From contig OX597816.1 of assembly GCA_951406725.2 (NCBI GenBank), positions 2,480,001 to 2,544,000 on the forward strand: DNA of 64,000 bases, read 5' to 3'. The stretch is from Octopus vulgaris (taxonomy: Eukaryota). Made by a program: the position numbers and the translations under genes. The first letter of the stretch is position 1. The number at the start of each line of letters is the position of its first letter. Under the pieces are notes generated by a model, which was not told the origin of the DNA, made no database searches, and saw nothing but the letters and a program-made list of their open reading frames with translations. This document shows, piece after piece, positions 1 through 15,521 of this stretch.

Positions 1-811
1 TTGTGGCCTTTGTAGAAGTGAATGTAAATGTAAACAATTGCTCAGATACATAATTTGAAGAATATTTAGCTACTATTCCTAGCAAGTCAACTGGCCATGT
101 AGAAATGTATGTATATTTGCCTTATTCCTTTCAAAGAATACGGTTTCTCCCTCAATATATTCCTGTCTCACTCAGTTCAGTACGTACACCATCAACTTGT
201 CCTCCCTTTCATACTATTTATTCCTCTCCCCTTGTCAAGAAATTCCCTAAAAAGGAATCATGGGTTCTATCAAATTGAAAAAAATTTCTTTTGAGGTAGG
301 CAATGGGCAATTGAGTGCCCTACCATATCCCAAGCCTTGTTTTATGCTTGGGCAAGAAGATAGCAACACACAAGTCTGTCTCGCCTGCCAGAGTGAACCA
401 GTGACTTTAAAGTTTTTAACAGCTTCTCTAGGTTTCCTCCCCCCCCCCCCATTTTATGGGTGGAGTGCTAGAAAAATAAAATGAAAGATTTCCTGCATGT
501 TCTGTTTGTCGTTTTTTTAGTTTTCCTTCAACTTGTTATTTTAGCTTTTTCGGCCAGTAGTTATTACACAGATGGTAAAACTCACTTGAATATATTACAG
601 CATCCTAGATTTTGCATTTCCTCACGCCTACGCCCCACTGATGCTGAAAAAAGTGTCAATTTCATACTCGAAACATTCCCACAAAAAAATCTAACTTTTC
701 CCCCCCTTGTAAAAGGACATTTTTATTTGTGTTGTTTGACTCAGAGTTATATGAGAAGATTGTTTTTATTTACTCTTTAATGCAACAAGACTGGTTGCAA
801 AGGGATCAACA

Positions 812-1375
812 ATCATCATCATCATCATCATCATCGTTTAACGGCCGTTTTCCATGCTGGCATGGGTTGGACAGTCCAGCTAGGGTCTAGGCACCAGGCC
901 CCAATCTGATCTGGCAGTGTTTCTACAGCTGGATGCCCTTCCTAACGCCAACCACTCTGAGAGTGTAGTGGGTGCTTTTTGCATGCCACCGGCACAGGGG
1001 CCAGAGGAGCTGCCATTGACCATGATCGGATGGTGCTTCTTACGTGCCACCAGCACAGGGGCCAGAGGAGCTGGTATCGACTACGATTGGATGGTGCTTT
1101 TTACGTGCTACCGACACAGGGCTCACAACTACAATTTCCTTTTCATTTGATTTTGATATTGCTGATGTTGATGTACTTGACTCAACAGGTCTCCTCAACG
1201 ATCCAGGGTACTTTTGAGTGGGCTGCTTATGTGACACTGGTGTAGGTTACATCTGTGGACTCACTTTATTTGCTGGGTCTTCTGTCACAGCATACCTCCA
1301 GAGGTCTCGGTCTTTTGTCATTGCCTCTATGAGGCCCAACGTTTGAAGGTCATGCTTCACCACCTCATCCCATAA
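812..1375 (-). mobile_element. 5'-truncated RTE-family LINE 3' end with (GAT)n tail
   Basis: Minus strand encodes WDEVVKHDLQTLGLIEAMTKDRDLWRYAV (RTE ORF end), then a 3' UTR ending CCAACCCATGCCAGCATGGAAAACGG..TTAAAC(GAT)n. Confidence 0.75.
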
Positions 1376-3613
1376 AGCATGACCTTCGAACGTTGGGCCA
1401 ATTATAAAAGGTGAAAATAAGTTGGGCAACAGGCATTGCTGTGTGGCTAAAAGGTTGCTTCACATCCACATGGTTTCAGGTTCAGTCCTGCTGTGTAGCA
1501 TCTTTGATGAATGTCTTCTGCTGTAGCCCTGGGCCAACCAAAGCCCTGTGAGTGGATTTGGTAGATGGAAACTGAAAGAAGCCTGTTGTGTGAACATGTG
1601 TACTGTCCATCATACAAACTGTGTCCTTGTTTTCAGTCTTCCGTGAAAACGTGTCTGGCCATAATAAAATATTTCCTTACTGAGAAACAGGTGAGGGTTG
1701 GCAACAGGTAGTGCATCCAACCATAGAAAAGTTTGACTCAGTGAATTCTGTCCAACCCCTGTGAGCATGGAAAAAAAGGGGATGTTGAAAGGGTACATGG
1801 GAATTTAATTGTTGGGGAAAATATGTTTAGGGTTGTTAGTTTGTTTTTCTGTTTAGTTTGCTTCTTTGTGTTTGTGTGTGGGCCTTCTGCTTTGAAAGTA
1901 GCACTCAGATTACATTACACCTGTTCATGGAGAGCATATCTAATATTTCGGTAAAGTTTACCAAATTAGAAATAGATCTCATGAACCCCTTTTCAAAATA
2001 CTTCATATTACATTCATGATTCTTGTTTTATTATATTGCAATGCGGAGTTCAAATACTTCCCTTAGACCCTTCAACTGGGATTTTACCCTCTTGGGTCAA
2101 ATTGTTAGATATTATGGCATTTTTTTAAAATTCCAGAAAAGGTTACAAGTGACTTAATTTCTGAGCCAATTTTCACAGAATTCAGAATTTATTAAAGCAA
2201 TGTATTATCCACTGACTTGGAGATCAATATGTTTGCATGGTGGATTTGTTGTAAATCTTCCTAGTTTGGTTCAGTTTTTATTTTTCAAAATGTTGTTATT
2301 ATAGTGACAATCAAAATGCTGATTGCAATTATCAGAAATACTTCTCTTTTATTAATTATTCCCTAGAATCCATATTTGGAACAAAAAATAAGAACATTAT
2401 TGATGAATATTTCTGTTGAGGCTTTTAGAATGGTCTTTAAAACATTCAGTGGTGTCTGTTTCAGAAATGGTGCTCTTTCTCTTACATTTTAGTTACACAA
2501 CATATGACACATGTTCTTTATTTAGTAAATAAGGGTAAATAATATTCTCTCTTGAAAGCCAATTGAAATTCTTCATTCATGTGTTGAGTGGTAAACATTA
2601 TCTGGGACAGAAGAACAACATTATAAGTCGGATTGAAATTACAGCTGTGAAGGAAGAACTAGAGTTAGACATTTGAAAAAAAATGCCGCTTCAGCTGTGA
2701 AATGCTTCTCAACTCTAATTTATTTTACTGCTGTAACCATTCCAGTGTAGACAATTATCGTGGGAGAATGATGAGGTGGATATCTACAGAGAATGCTAAT
2801 GTAGAATCTAGGTTAACTTGTTTGACTCTATGACTGTTATTCAATGCCGTGTACTTCATTGCTGCCAAGTTGAGCCAATAAAACATAGACGAAATTTTCA
2901 GCTGATAATGAATGATATCCAATAGACTTATTCAGTTTCATTTGGGGTTTATTTTAAGAAATATTGTTGGATAATTGTAAAACAAATACTAACTTATGAA
3001 AGATTCTGTGGTTAAGTTTAGCTCTCAGACCTCAGGAGCTGTCCTTCTTAAAACCCTAATGAGGGGCTGCATCTATAAATTGATATAATTTTGTGAAGTT
3101 TTGGAGCAAATAAATACTACTGAATGTTCTTAGATGTAACATTGCTTTAGATTATTTGGCAAGTTAACCCTATTGATACCAGTCCATATGAGACCATCCT
3201 TTATTATATGATATGAACTTCTTGATTTAGTCTAAATTAAAAACAATGCATCAAAGTTTCATGGTACTTTATTTTTCAAACACCAGCCTAATGACCGTAA
3301 CTCTACTAAATTCTTCATTTTTTTTAAATTAGAAATTCAATTATGCAATTTGTTTAAAGAAAACAACACCTTACTAATTAAAAGTGTTTGTAATTATGGC
3401 CTCTAAGTCATTAATTAACCATCTCAACAATACTGAAATCATTTGATTTTCTATTTTCGTCTTTTTTTGTTTTTTAATTCACTTTTTTTTTTAATTCTTC
3501 TGTAACAACAAAATCACATCTATTGAAGTTTTGAATGAGATTCCAAAAAATGTATGTTTTTCTATATATTACATGATATACTAACAGTTAGTTCTCCTTT
3601 TCTTGTTTGGCAG

Positions 3614-3799
3614 GTGGTCCGGGGAGGAGGGGCGGTTTCCTCCTCGGAGTCTGCCTTATATTCAACGCATTATCATCAACTCAAGAAGCTGTCCTCCGAT
3701 AGGGATATTGAAAACTATGCACAGACTCATCTTAATAGGCATAAGAAAGGAATATTTGGCAAAAGAGTTTCATTAGCCAATATGTTGGCTTGGTCTAAG
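3614..3799 (+). CDS. ARHGAP39: ARHGAP39-like RhoGAP, internal coding exon (pre-MyTH4)
   Basis: ttggcag|GTG acceptor and AAG|gtaacg donor, 186 nt, phase 0/0. Encodes ...DIENYAQTHLNRHKKGIFGKRVSLANMLAWSK, the conserved block preceding MyTH4 in ARHGAP39/Vilse. Confidence 0.9.
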
Positions 3800-6700
3800 G
3801 TAACGGAATCCAATATATTTCTTTATCACACTGGCTTTTTCTCTTTTCTTTTTTTTTTCTTTGTTTGTTTCTGAATGTGAAATCCTTTTTTTTTTTCCTT
3901 GTTTCTTTTATCAGGGAGAATGTTATGGTTTTGTGACTAAGCTGCTAGTTTAATTAACTAATTATATAGCGTATTGGCATGATATTTAACCAATGGATTT
4001 TAATTAATAACAAACTCAACCAAACAGTATGCTGACATTGAAACTGGTGATGTTACATCTACATAGAGGGTATTATTGGTGAGTAATCACCATAGAAGAA
4101 TAAGAAGTCATCAATGGTATTGGTTTTTTGCAAGACTTTTGTACTGATTCTCAGTGTGGAAGGTTACAGATTCAAGGGTTTGTAAAGTCATCATTCTTAA
4201 CCTTTTGAGATGAAGACAATCAGTCAATAATTGATTTTGTCTCAAAGATTGGGAAAGTCCTTGATGATGTTGACCATCTACTAACATTGCTGCTCAGTAA
4301 CTATGGGTAACCCTAACCCTGGACACATCAATGGCTTTTAACTGGTGGACAAAACCATTCAATCAACATTCCTAGACATGATAATTCTGTCTCTTTTTGG
4401 AAGTTAGGTTGTCTTATCGTCATATAATGTCTGTGTTCCCTGCAGGCATAGGTTGGATGTTTTGGCAAGATCCAGTGGATCAGAGGACCACATCTAGATC
4501 CAGTGTCTCCAGTTTTTGGCATGGTTTCTGGATGTCCTTCTTATACCAGTCACTTTACAGAGTGTATTGGATGCATTTTTCATGGCACCAAAACAAGTGA
4601 GGTCACCATGCAACTTGCAAAATTCAAGATCACCTGCTTCAGCTGGGAGGAATAGGAGGAGATAGGCTGGCTGCTTTAAGTGAGATGTTGAGAGGTTAAA
4701 TTATGGTGGGAGGAACGGGTTTACTGTTTGTGAAGAAGATTTATGGCTACCTTGCATAATTTGTAGCTGGATAGAGGTATGAGAGGTAAATATGATGGCA
4801 AGGTACGCTCATGGTAATGTGTCCAAGAACTGTATAGAAGAGAGGTTTGACAGGGTAGAATCAGGGTAAATGATGTTAATGACATGTAGGAGGAGAGTGA
4901 GAGGTGGATGTAAACATGGCATAAAAATGGTCAGATGCACATAGGGGTTGGATATAGTGAATGGTGAAGAAGGGTGGGGTGGTAAATATGAGTCGGGGAC
5001 AAAAGGAATGGATGGATACTAATGAGGAGTAGCACAGAGAAGAGGGAGTAATGACTGGCAGTACAGAAATGGTCGTATGATATGGATGTAGTAACAGGTT
5101 TTGTTTTTTTTACAATAGAAAGATACGGTAGATAGGAGAGTGATGGGGGGATGAATGATTGGGTGAGACTAAAGGCTGTGAGTGAGGAGAGAGACCAATA
5201 AGGGTGGGAGAGTTGGGAAGGATGGAGTTGTCTGGGCAGAACAAAGGAAAGGAAGAAGCAAAAGCTGTAGACTCAACAGGGATTCCATTTATGGCATGGC
5301 TACACATTATTTTGGGGTACCCTAGTCACAATATCCCAACATGGTTACACAAGATTTTTTTAACTTTCAAGTAACAACAAACAAACCAATCCCTTTTTTT
5401 TAAAATAGTTTTGTAAGGGCAGAAACTTACTTAGGAGTACAATATTTGAAAGTTATAACCGGAAAAGAATCAGGGGTAGTTTCTTAATCCATGTAAATAA
5501 TGGTTGGTATGTGAAATTATCAGAGGACTACTAGTTAAAAATGGTTACTTGTGTGAGTTGGATGTCAAGGTTAGACGTCAATTTTTCCAAGTTGCCTGAG
5601 GAGGTTTCCCTTGGTACTTTGAAAGTAAGGTGGTGTATTATGTCCCTAAATGATTGTGTATTCCATATAAGATATTATGACGAATGTGAGGGTCATAATA
5701 CTTCCTAAATATTCACCATTCCCCAGAAGCAGGGCTTTGTCTCCCTCCCTAAAACTATGCACCATGACTAAAATACTGAATAAGTAAAATAAAATCATGA
5801 AATGGGGTCTACCAGAGAATAAATGAGGCTAACCCTGTTTTCTAAATACATTTCTTTTCTATCAGGAATGTTGTCGAAAACTGCAGACTGTCAATTCCTT
5901 GGTTAACTGCCTAATTTAATATCTGAATGATGTGTCAGCTTTGATATTTTCTGGTTTTTGTTCTGAATCCATTACCAATGTTACATACAATCAAATAAAA
6001 TATCTCTCTATCTATTCCTTTATGTTGCTGGCAATTGCAATTTGGTTCACTGCCAACTAGAAAGCTGACACTAAACATTTTCAGATCAAGAGTATGTGTG
6101 TGTGTAGTTAGACATTCTTGTAACAATCAATTTTATTTGCTTTGTTATTCTTTCATGGTTCTTAATATTGGAAATTCCTCTCAGTTATACAACAGAGTAA
6201 TTGAAAGGTTGCAAAATTTAATTAAATATTTATCACTTTGAAGTTTCTTCAAGCTGTCCGTTTGAACTTTGAAATGCAGTAAGTTTATTTCGGGCCTGCT
6301 TACAGCTGGTTGTGTCTGTCTGTCTGTGGCTGGGTATTAAATTATGAGGGTGAATGAGACCTAGATTATACCTGTTCTTCAGATGAAAGCTTGTTTAAAT
6401 AAAAACAGACACAGATAATTAACTGAATGGTACGTGATGTCATTGAAGCATTATAAGTTTGTGCTTCACTAAGTTACCAGCCAGAGCTACTCAGCTCTTT
6501 CGGATAAACCAACTGAAATCAGATCTCAATGACAAACACACACTGACAGATTATCACTTTCACTGTTTTATTCTTCTTCTCCCAATCCTGGCTGCTAATC
6601 CTTTTATGGCAAACTTACCTATTGCTTGGTGGTGATCTGAGATAGAAGGAATTGCCATTCATCTTTATCTTTCTTTCCAGCTTCACTCTAATCACTCCCC

Positions 6701-7169
6701 ATTCACCTATAGAGGTAGATCAGTCATGCTGGGCAGCTACACACCTCCTCCTCTACGCCCCAACAAACCTGTTCCTCTCACCCTGTCATACTTCCATCTC
6801 TCACCACTTCCCTTTCTACTATGGTTCCATTCAATCAAAGGGCTTTTTAGTCATGCAAGCTACATGGCAACCTATTTAGCACTGGTGCCATGAAAAAGCA
6901 CCCAAGACTCTCTGTAAAGCAGTTGCTGTTTTGGAAGGACATCCAGGGGTAGAAACCGTGTCAGAACAGACATTCCTGGAGTTTGACACAGTCCTCCAGT
7001 TGGTCATCTTTCCGCAAACTGCCCAAACCATTTCAGCAAAGAAGACAGATACTAAATGATTATGATGGTGATGGTGATGGTGTCTCACCTGTCTGCCTAC
7101 ATTTACACAATGTTATCAAAACTATTCATATGATAAACCGTCTTGCTTGAATCCAAGTTGAGGATGCAA

Positions 7170-7218
<49 letters not shown>

Positions 7219-7376
7219 CAGACACATTGATATATTCACTACTACCCCTGCAATATAGAAATATTTATGAGATTCAGGACATCATCATCAATTGATATCC
7301 ACTTTCTATGGCGGTGAGTGTGTGTGTTCATACACACATGTATACATGCATATATGTATATATATATATATATATA

Positions 7377-7550
7377 CTGTTGTGTCTGGGGAGAGTCATT
7401 CTCTTTTTGTGCCTTATAATGTAACACACTCACCGGTAAAAGTTCCACTTAAAAAAAATAAATAAAAATAAGAAAAAAGTGGAAATTTTACCGGTGAGTG
7501 TGTTACATTATAAGGTACAAAAAGAAAATGATTCTCCCCAGACACAACAG
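7377..7550. repeat. Inverted repeat, 74-bp arms, 26-nt A-rich loop
   Basis: 7377-7450 is the reverse complement of 7477-7550 with about 4 mismatches. Confidence 0.92.
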
Positions 7551-8068
7551 AATATGCTTCAACACACAAACTCATATAAAGAATCTTGCAAGCCAAATCC
7601 CAAAGCCAAATATATATATATATATGGACATACATGCACAGATGCATATATACCAATCCATGCCAACATGGAAAACAAGCGTTAATGATGATGATGACAT
7701 ACTTATAACACTGCACAAATTATCATCCATGAATATCTATATAAATATGTACACACAAACAGACCCACACAGTGATTGTACACACATGCTTGACCATTCT
7801 TCACAAACGTGGTGGGAGTGAGGGCAGAGAAAAGGGAGGGAATTGAGACTGCATGTGTGCATTGTGCACCACTTTCATAATATTCCTGACAGGAATTTCA
7901 AACTTATTCACCATTAATACTTACAACATGAAAATAATAAATCAATCTTCTCTCTTATTTGACCTAAATCTGTTTAGCTTTTCCTGTCTGCTATTTCATT
8001 TCATAAATGAAATTCCTCTGATTGCCACAACGAACTGGTTAATGAAATTCTCCCTTCTTCTTTGTCAG

Positions 8069-8141
8069 GATCCCATCCAGAAACCGATGCTTAGAACCAA
8101 CGATAAAGCCGTGAAAAGAGAAGCGTGTGAAGTCTTCAAGC
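8069..8141 (+). CDS. ARHGAP39: ARHGAP39-like exon (MyTH4 start), ends at a U12 AT donor
   Basis: tttgtcag|GAT acceptor. Encodes DPIQKPMLRTNDKAVKREACEVFK plus 1 nt (C), followed by ATATCCTTT. Confidence 0.9.
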
Positions 8142-9249
<1,108 letters not shown>

Positions 9250-9769
9250 TAAGTATTAAGTATTAATTATTTTAATTAATTATTTTAAAATTTATTTATT
9301 AATCACATATTTAACAGCTTCACTCTGGAACTACAGGTGTGTGTTTAGCTGATGTAGTGTGTACCCAACTTTTATGCATACTCTTTACACATGTGAACTT
9401 TGAGCTTTATGGTGCATTGATAGCAAACTCTGAGAATCAACGATGTCAGACATTTCTTCTGGGTAGATTCCTCATTGACTTCTTGAGAGAAGTTTAGATA
9501 AATGTTAATGGAATTCACTCTGATAAGATCCGTATAATCTCTTCCTTATAACCTTCAGTCTTGCTGTAGATCGTCCAATCAGTTTCCACCAAGTGAGTGT
9601 GCTTGCACAGGTTGGTAGCACTGGTCCCCACCCCAACGTCTCAACTCAACAAAGCTACACATTCTGCAAGTTATCAGTAATCTCTTCCTGAATAAATCAG
9701 AGAAACAGTCCAGTTTGACAAACTGAACTGGAAAATGCTTTTGCAACTATCTTTATTTTTTTACCTGAT

Positions 9770-10138
9770 TCACTCATTTGACTGTGATCATGCTGGAGCA
9801 CCGCCTTTAGTCAAACTAATTGACCCCAGGGCTTATCCTTTGTAAGCCTAGTACTTATTTGATTGGTCTATTTTGCCCAGCCGCTAAGTTACGGGGATAT
9901 AAACACACCAACATTGGTTGTTGAGTGATGGTGGGGGGAACAAACACAAATGCACAATTAAATACATACAGACACACATACACACATATGATGGGCTTCT
10001 TTCAGTTTCCGTTTACGAAATCCACTCACAAGGCTTTGGTTGGCCTGAGGTTATAGTAGAAGACACTTGCCCAAGGTTCCATGCAATGGGACTGAACCCG
10101 GAACCATGTGGTTGAGAAGCAAGCTTCTTATCCCACAG
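9770..10138 (-). mobile_element. tRNA-derived SINE family A (diverged copy)
   Basis: Colinear with 60003-60402. Confidence 0.75.
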
Positions 10139-10327
10139 TAGAGGATAACTATAAAAATGTTGATCATGTATTGAACTACTTGTTTAAAGGTCATGAGTTC
10201 AAGTTTGCCTAAGGTTTTTTATTGTTTTTTACTCTGCATCAGCTCAGTTAATCAGGATATCAAAAATGGTACCCAGCTTTCTGAAGGGATACATTAGTAG
10301 GGCAGCCCCACCCTTATTAGCCCTACT

Positions 10328-11895
10328 CATCATCATTTAGTGTCTGTTGACCATGCTGGCATTGGTTGGATGGTTTGACCACCAGCTAGTAAGGTGAGGG
10401 GCTGCACCAGACTCTAGTCTGATTTGGCATGGTTTCTATGGCTGGATGCCTTTCCTGATGCCAACCACTCCATGGGTGTCAGTTTGCATGGCACCAATAT
10501 CTGCCTCAACTATGATTTTCATTTGGCTTGATGGGTCTTCGTCTTAAGCTTGTTATTTGTTATTGCCTCCATGAGGCCCATCGTTTGGAAGGTGCTCTTT
10601 ACATTCCACTGGCACAGGTGCTAGTTATGCGACACCAGCATCGGCCAAATTGCCTCTGTGAGGCCCAAAGCTCAAAAGGTGCTTTTTATGTGCCACCAGT
10701 ACAGGTGCCAGTTGTACGGCACTGACAACAACCACAGCTATAATTCCCCTTAGCTTGATGGGTCTTCTCGAGCATGGCATATCGCCAAAGGTCTCAGGTA
10801 CTAGTCATTGCCTCTCTAAGGCACAACATTTGAAGATCATGCTTTACCACCTCATCCCATGTCTTCTTAGGTCTCTCTCTTCCACAGCTACCATCCACTG
10901 GTAGAGATTGGCACTTCTTCACCCAATTGTCCACATCCATGCGCATCACATGACCATACCAATACAGTCATCTCTCTTGCGCACCACATCTGATGCCTCT
11001 TATGCCCAACTTTTCTCTCAAGACACTCACATTTTGTTGTACATACACACTGACATTGCACATCCAGCAAAGCATGCTAGCTTCCTTTCTTTCAAACCTA
11101 CGCATGTCCTCAGCAGTCACAGCCCATGTTTCACTGCCATCTAACATGGCTGTTCACACACAGGCATCATACAATCTGCCTTTCACTCTCAGAGAGAGGC
11201 CCTTTGTTGCCAGCAGAGGTAGGAGCTCTCTCTGATCTTTGCCCATCCAATTCTCATATCTAAGCTCTTGGAGCATCCACACCTGCTACTGACTTGGTCA
11301 CCTGGGTAACAGAAGCTATCAACTCCTTCTAGTTTTCTTCCCTGGCATTTGATGCAGTCCATTTTCTGAACATTTGCAGTGTTGATCGTACCTGTGCACC
11401 TACTACACGCAAAAACTATTTTCCCAATTAACATTCCTCTGATATTGCTGCAGCCCTTATGTATCCATAGCTTGCACCAGGTACATCTTATGAAACTTCT
11501 ACCTACACCTTTCCTACAGGTCAAGCAGAGCCATCTGTCTGAGGTGGGGGGGGGGGATTTGTCTACTTTCCTACTTACTTTGCAACTTTTAATCTCATTG
11601 CAACACTTAATCTCCTCCACTCCTTACAATGTCAAACAAGGGGTTAATACCCCTTAATAGATTGTGTTGCAAACCAGCAGTAAATTGTGCTTATACTCTA
11701 AAGCCCTTTGATTCTAGGCCTTGCTTCCACAGCTGAAACTTTTCTAGTTCTGGTAGGGATTCAGCTATGAGAGCCAGGTCATCAGCATAGAGGAGCTCCC
11801 AGGGGCAGTCTGTCTTGAATCCTCTGTTATTGCCTGGAGGACTGTGATGAACAAGTGGAGTCTGAGGACTGATCCTTGGTGAACCCCTGTTTGTA
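10328..11895 (-). mobile_element. Decayed RTE-family LINE (RT C-half, PHD-like insert, 3' UTR)
   Basis: PWELLYADDLALIAES (RT YADD), Cys/His cluster CLTCRKGVG...CTWCKLWIHKGC...CSRC, same 3' UTR and (GAT)n tail. Confidence 0.85.
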
Positions 11896-13415
11896 CCCTG
11901 AATTCTTCCTGAATATGTAATATTAGGCACTGCTATAAGGTGTCAGCTCGTTGGGAGCTGAGTCCCTAAACTAACTTTGGTTCCCAGTTGCTGTTGTTAT
12001 TTCCTATATTCTGTTAAAACTCTTGGGAAAATGAATATCACAGCACTTCCTTTGCTATTGTGAGTAGTAGTGGAAGAATGAGGAGGATTCAGTTTTGAAA
12101 GAATATTCTTATGTACAGAGTATCTTTCTCTCTCTCTCCTGTGAATGCTACAGAGCAGTACCGAGTTCTAGAGATCTTTTACGAGACTAATTTCAAGATA
12201 GTTCAGCTTGTTATCACTTTACTTAGCCTACTAATATCTTTGGTACAAGCATAAACATTGCAACCCTTTACAATGTCAAACAAGAGGTTAATACCCCTTA
12301 ATGGATTGTGTTGCAAACTAACAGTAAATTATAGACATTAGAACACTGGCTTAGTTTATCCCCTAATGGTAGAGATAAGCAAATTTGAAATATAAATAGA
12401 ATGTGTGTGTGTGTCCAGTTTGATATCAGTGACCCATATAATATGTTGAAATAGCAGAGCTGGGCTATTCAAACACACACATGCTAGAGTATTAGCCATT
12501 ACAAAATGGAGTAACTTTTGAAGTCTAGTTTCAGCACCATGGGTAATATAAGGAAATATGGCAGGCATACAATACAATCATGATAATTTCACTTTTATCA
12601 AATTTCTTGGTGTTTATACAAAATGTGATGAAATGAAAAGTGATTTTGAAAAGAAATAAAATTAAATAAACAATATTTTTAGAAAATGAATTAAAAAAAA
12701 GGAAGCTCTCCCTGATGATATATTATGGGAGTTCCCAGACACTCACTCACACACACACACACACACACTCCACTGAAAGAATTATAATTCTTTCTGGAAC
12801 ATTCAATCGAAACTTGAAATTAAGAGGAGATAAACTGTGTCTGTCTCTGATCAAATTAAATGAGAACTTAGTGCCTGGATAGAAGAAATATTTCAAATGT
12901 TGGTGATAGCTGAGCTAAGTAGTCATTGGCTTCAGGTGTTGGTGGTGCCCCCAGCATGGCCGCAGCTTTAAAGCTGAAAGATGTTAAAGAGTATATCCAG
13001 GGGAACAAAAATTCAATTAAATTCACCTCTGGGAGGTGAGTAGTTCTGATACTGCACGTTTTCACTGATGATTACCCAAGGAATTTTTAAGGATACCCCC
13101 AAGGAGTCATTAAGGGTACCCTAAGGTCTGAAACTTGCTGTAATGAAGGGCTAAGCTGCTGCTTACCACTACACACACACACACATCATAGTTTATTCCC
13201 CCTTCCACTTTATTTCCCCTTATGTCTATCCTCTTCCTTCCTCTCATTTCTTTTTGTTTCCTCTCTTTCTCTTTCATATGTATGTGAATATGTTCATGCT
13301 AGCATGGATTAGATAAATATATTATTCAGGCATTATATATCTATGTCTGTACACTCACATGACTTATATTGTTTTGTTAGTTTTAACCAACATGATCTTA
13401 GCAGACATATTTCAT

Positions 13416-13459
<44 letters not shown>

Positions 13460-13478
13460 TTCTTTGTAAAAATACTAA

Positions 13479-13883
<405 letters not shown>

Positions 13884-14427
13884 TAATGGTTGGTTCAGCC
13901 AGAATATAGCAGCAATGAATGTATAAATAACCTAAAATAAAAATACAGACACATACATAGTGAGAGATGCTCACCACTATAAAGACAATGTACCACCCAA
14001 ATGACAATTACCCATACATTGATGCATTCACTTCAATTATTAAAGAAGTGAACTACAATCAATGCATGGGTTTTATTGACAAACTGACCTCCCAATGCAC
14101 AATATCTTTTTTAACAAATAGCTTCACATTAAGAATTTTGTGATGCAACTACAAAGAGAAATATAATAGAAAAACATGTCCAACCTTGAAGAAATTTTAC
14201 CTTACCTGGAAACAGGTTAAGGTTGGCTACAAGAACAGCATTTGGCCATAGAAATTCAACCTCAGTGTATTCCATGTGGCCAATTCAAGCATTGAAAAGT
14301 AGATGTTAAAACAATGATGATGACTATATATTGTATGTATCATACTTTAGTGACATTCGGCTGTATATTGCAAATAGCCACCTTAATAATATATATAATA
14401 TGATATAATATAATATATATATATATA

Positions 14428-14807
14428 CACTACCGTCAGAAATTAATTAGCACCCTTGATTTGCTCTTCACTCAAGGTATGTGCTGTCACTTAGTGGCCA
14501 TATCTCGAACTATTGCTTTGTTGCGAGTTCACTGTTGCGCAGAAAGATGACGTAACTTTGTTTGCAGAGCAGTTTGAGAGTCTACAGCCTTATGATGTTG
14601 ACATAGCAGTGCAACAATAACTTGGAGTGCGGATGCAGACAAATCTTCCTTTGTTTAATAGATATAGGTAGCGCCTCGCAAGGACCGAAATCACACCATA
14701 CTAAGTTTTCTCATCGCGTAAGACGTTTTGAACAGCTCATAGGTTAATTGATTTAACCTATTTAATGTAGAAATTTGAGAAGTGCTAATTAATTTCTGAC
14801 GCAAGTG
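14428..14807. mobile_element. Tc1/mariner-type MITE, 380 bp
   Basis: TIRs CACTACCGTCAGAAATTAATTAGCAC / GTGCTAATTAATTTCTGACGCAAGTG, flanked by (TA)n on both sides. Confidence 0.8.
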
Positions 14808-14836
14808 TATATATATATATATATATATATATATTA

Positions 14837-15387
14837 ATTATATATTAGAAAAGACATGGTATTCAGAGATCTGGATGGTTGTACATATACAAATATTTAT
14901 TAACATGTCATATGTTTTTACAAATCACATATTTTCATCAACTCTGATAGATTCTTCAGATTGTAAACATTTTTCTTTCAGAACCCCTGGTAAGTTGGCT
15001 GAACCAAAGTAAGAATCAGTTCCAGCCACCTACTTAAAAATATATTTATTCTTTTTTCTTTATCTCTTGTTCAAAACACTCCCTTTCAGATACACACACA
15101 CACACACTCTCTCACTTTCTCCTTCCACTATCTCCCCATTCCTCTCACTCTTTTCCTACCTTTTACACTCCACATTACTCTTCTTCCCCCCCTCTCTCTA
15201 TCTCCACCCCAACCCATTCACTAATATTATAAAAAGAGACAAATCCCTTCACACAATTTAAATCTGAAGAATCTATCAGAGCTGATGAAAATACATGATT
15301 TGTAAAAACATATGACATGTTAATAAATATTTGTATATGTACAACCATCCAGATCTCTGAATACCATGTTTTTTTCTAATATATAAT
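14837..15387. repeat. Inverted repeat, about 126-bp arms, about 300-bp spacer
   Basis: 14837-14962 versus 15261-15387, near-perfect reverse complement. Confidence 0.92.
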
Positions 15388-15521
15388 ATCTGTACATCAC
15401 CTCCAAACCTTCTTACATATATATATAGTGTGTGTGTATGTAGGTGTGTGTATACACACACACACACACACACTCTCTATCTTTCTCTCTAATATACATA
15501 TATTCATAATTAACAATTCAG

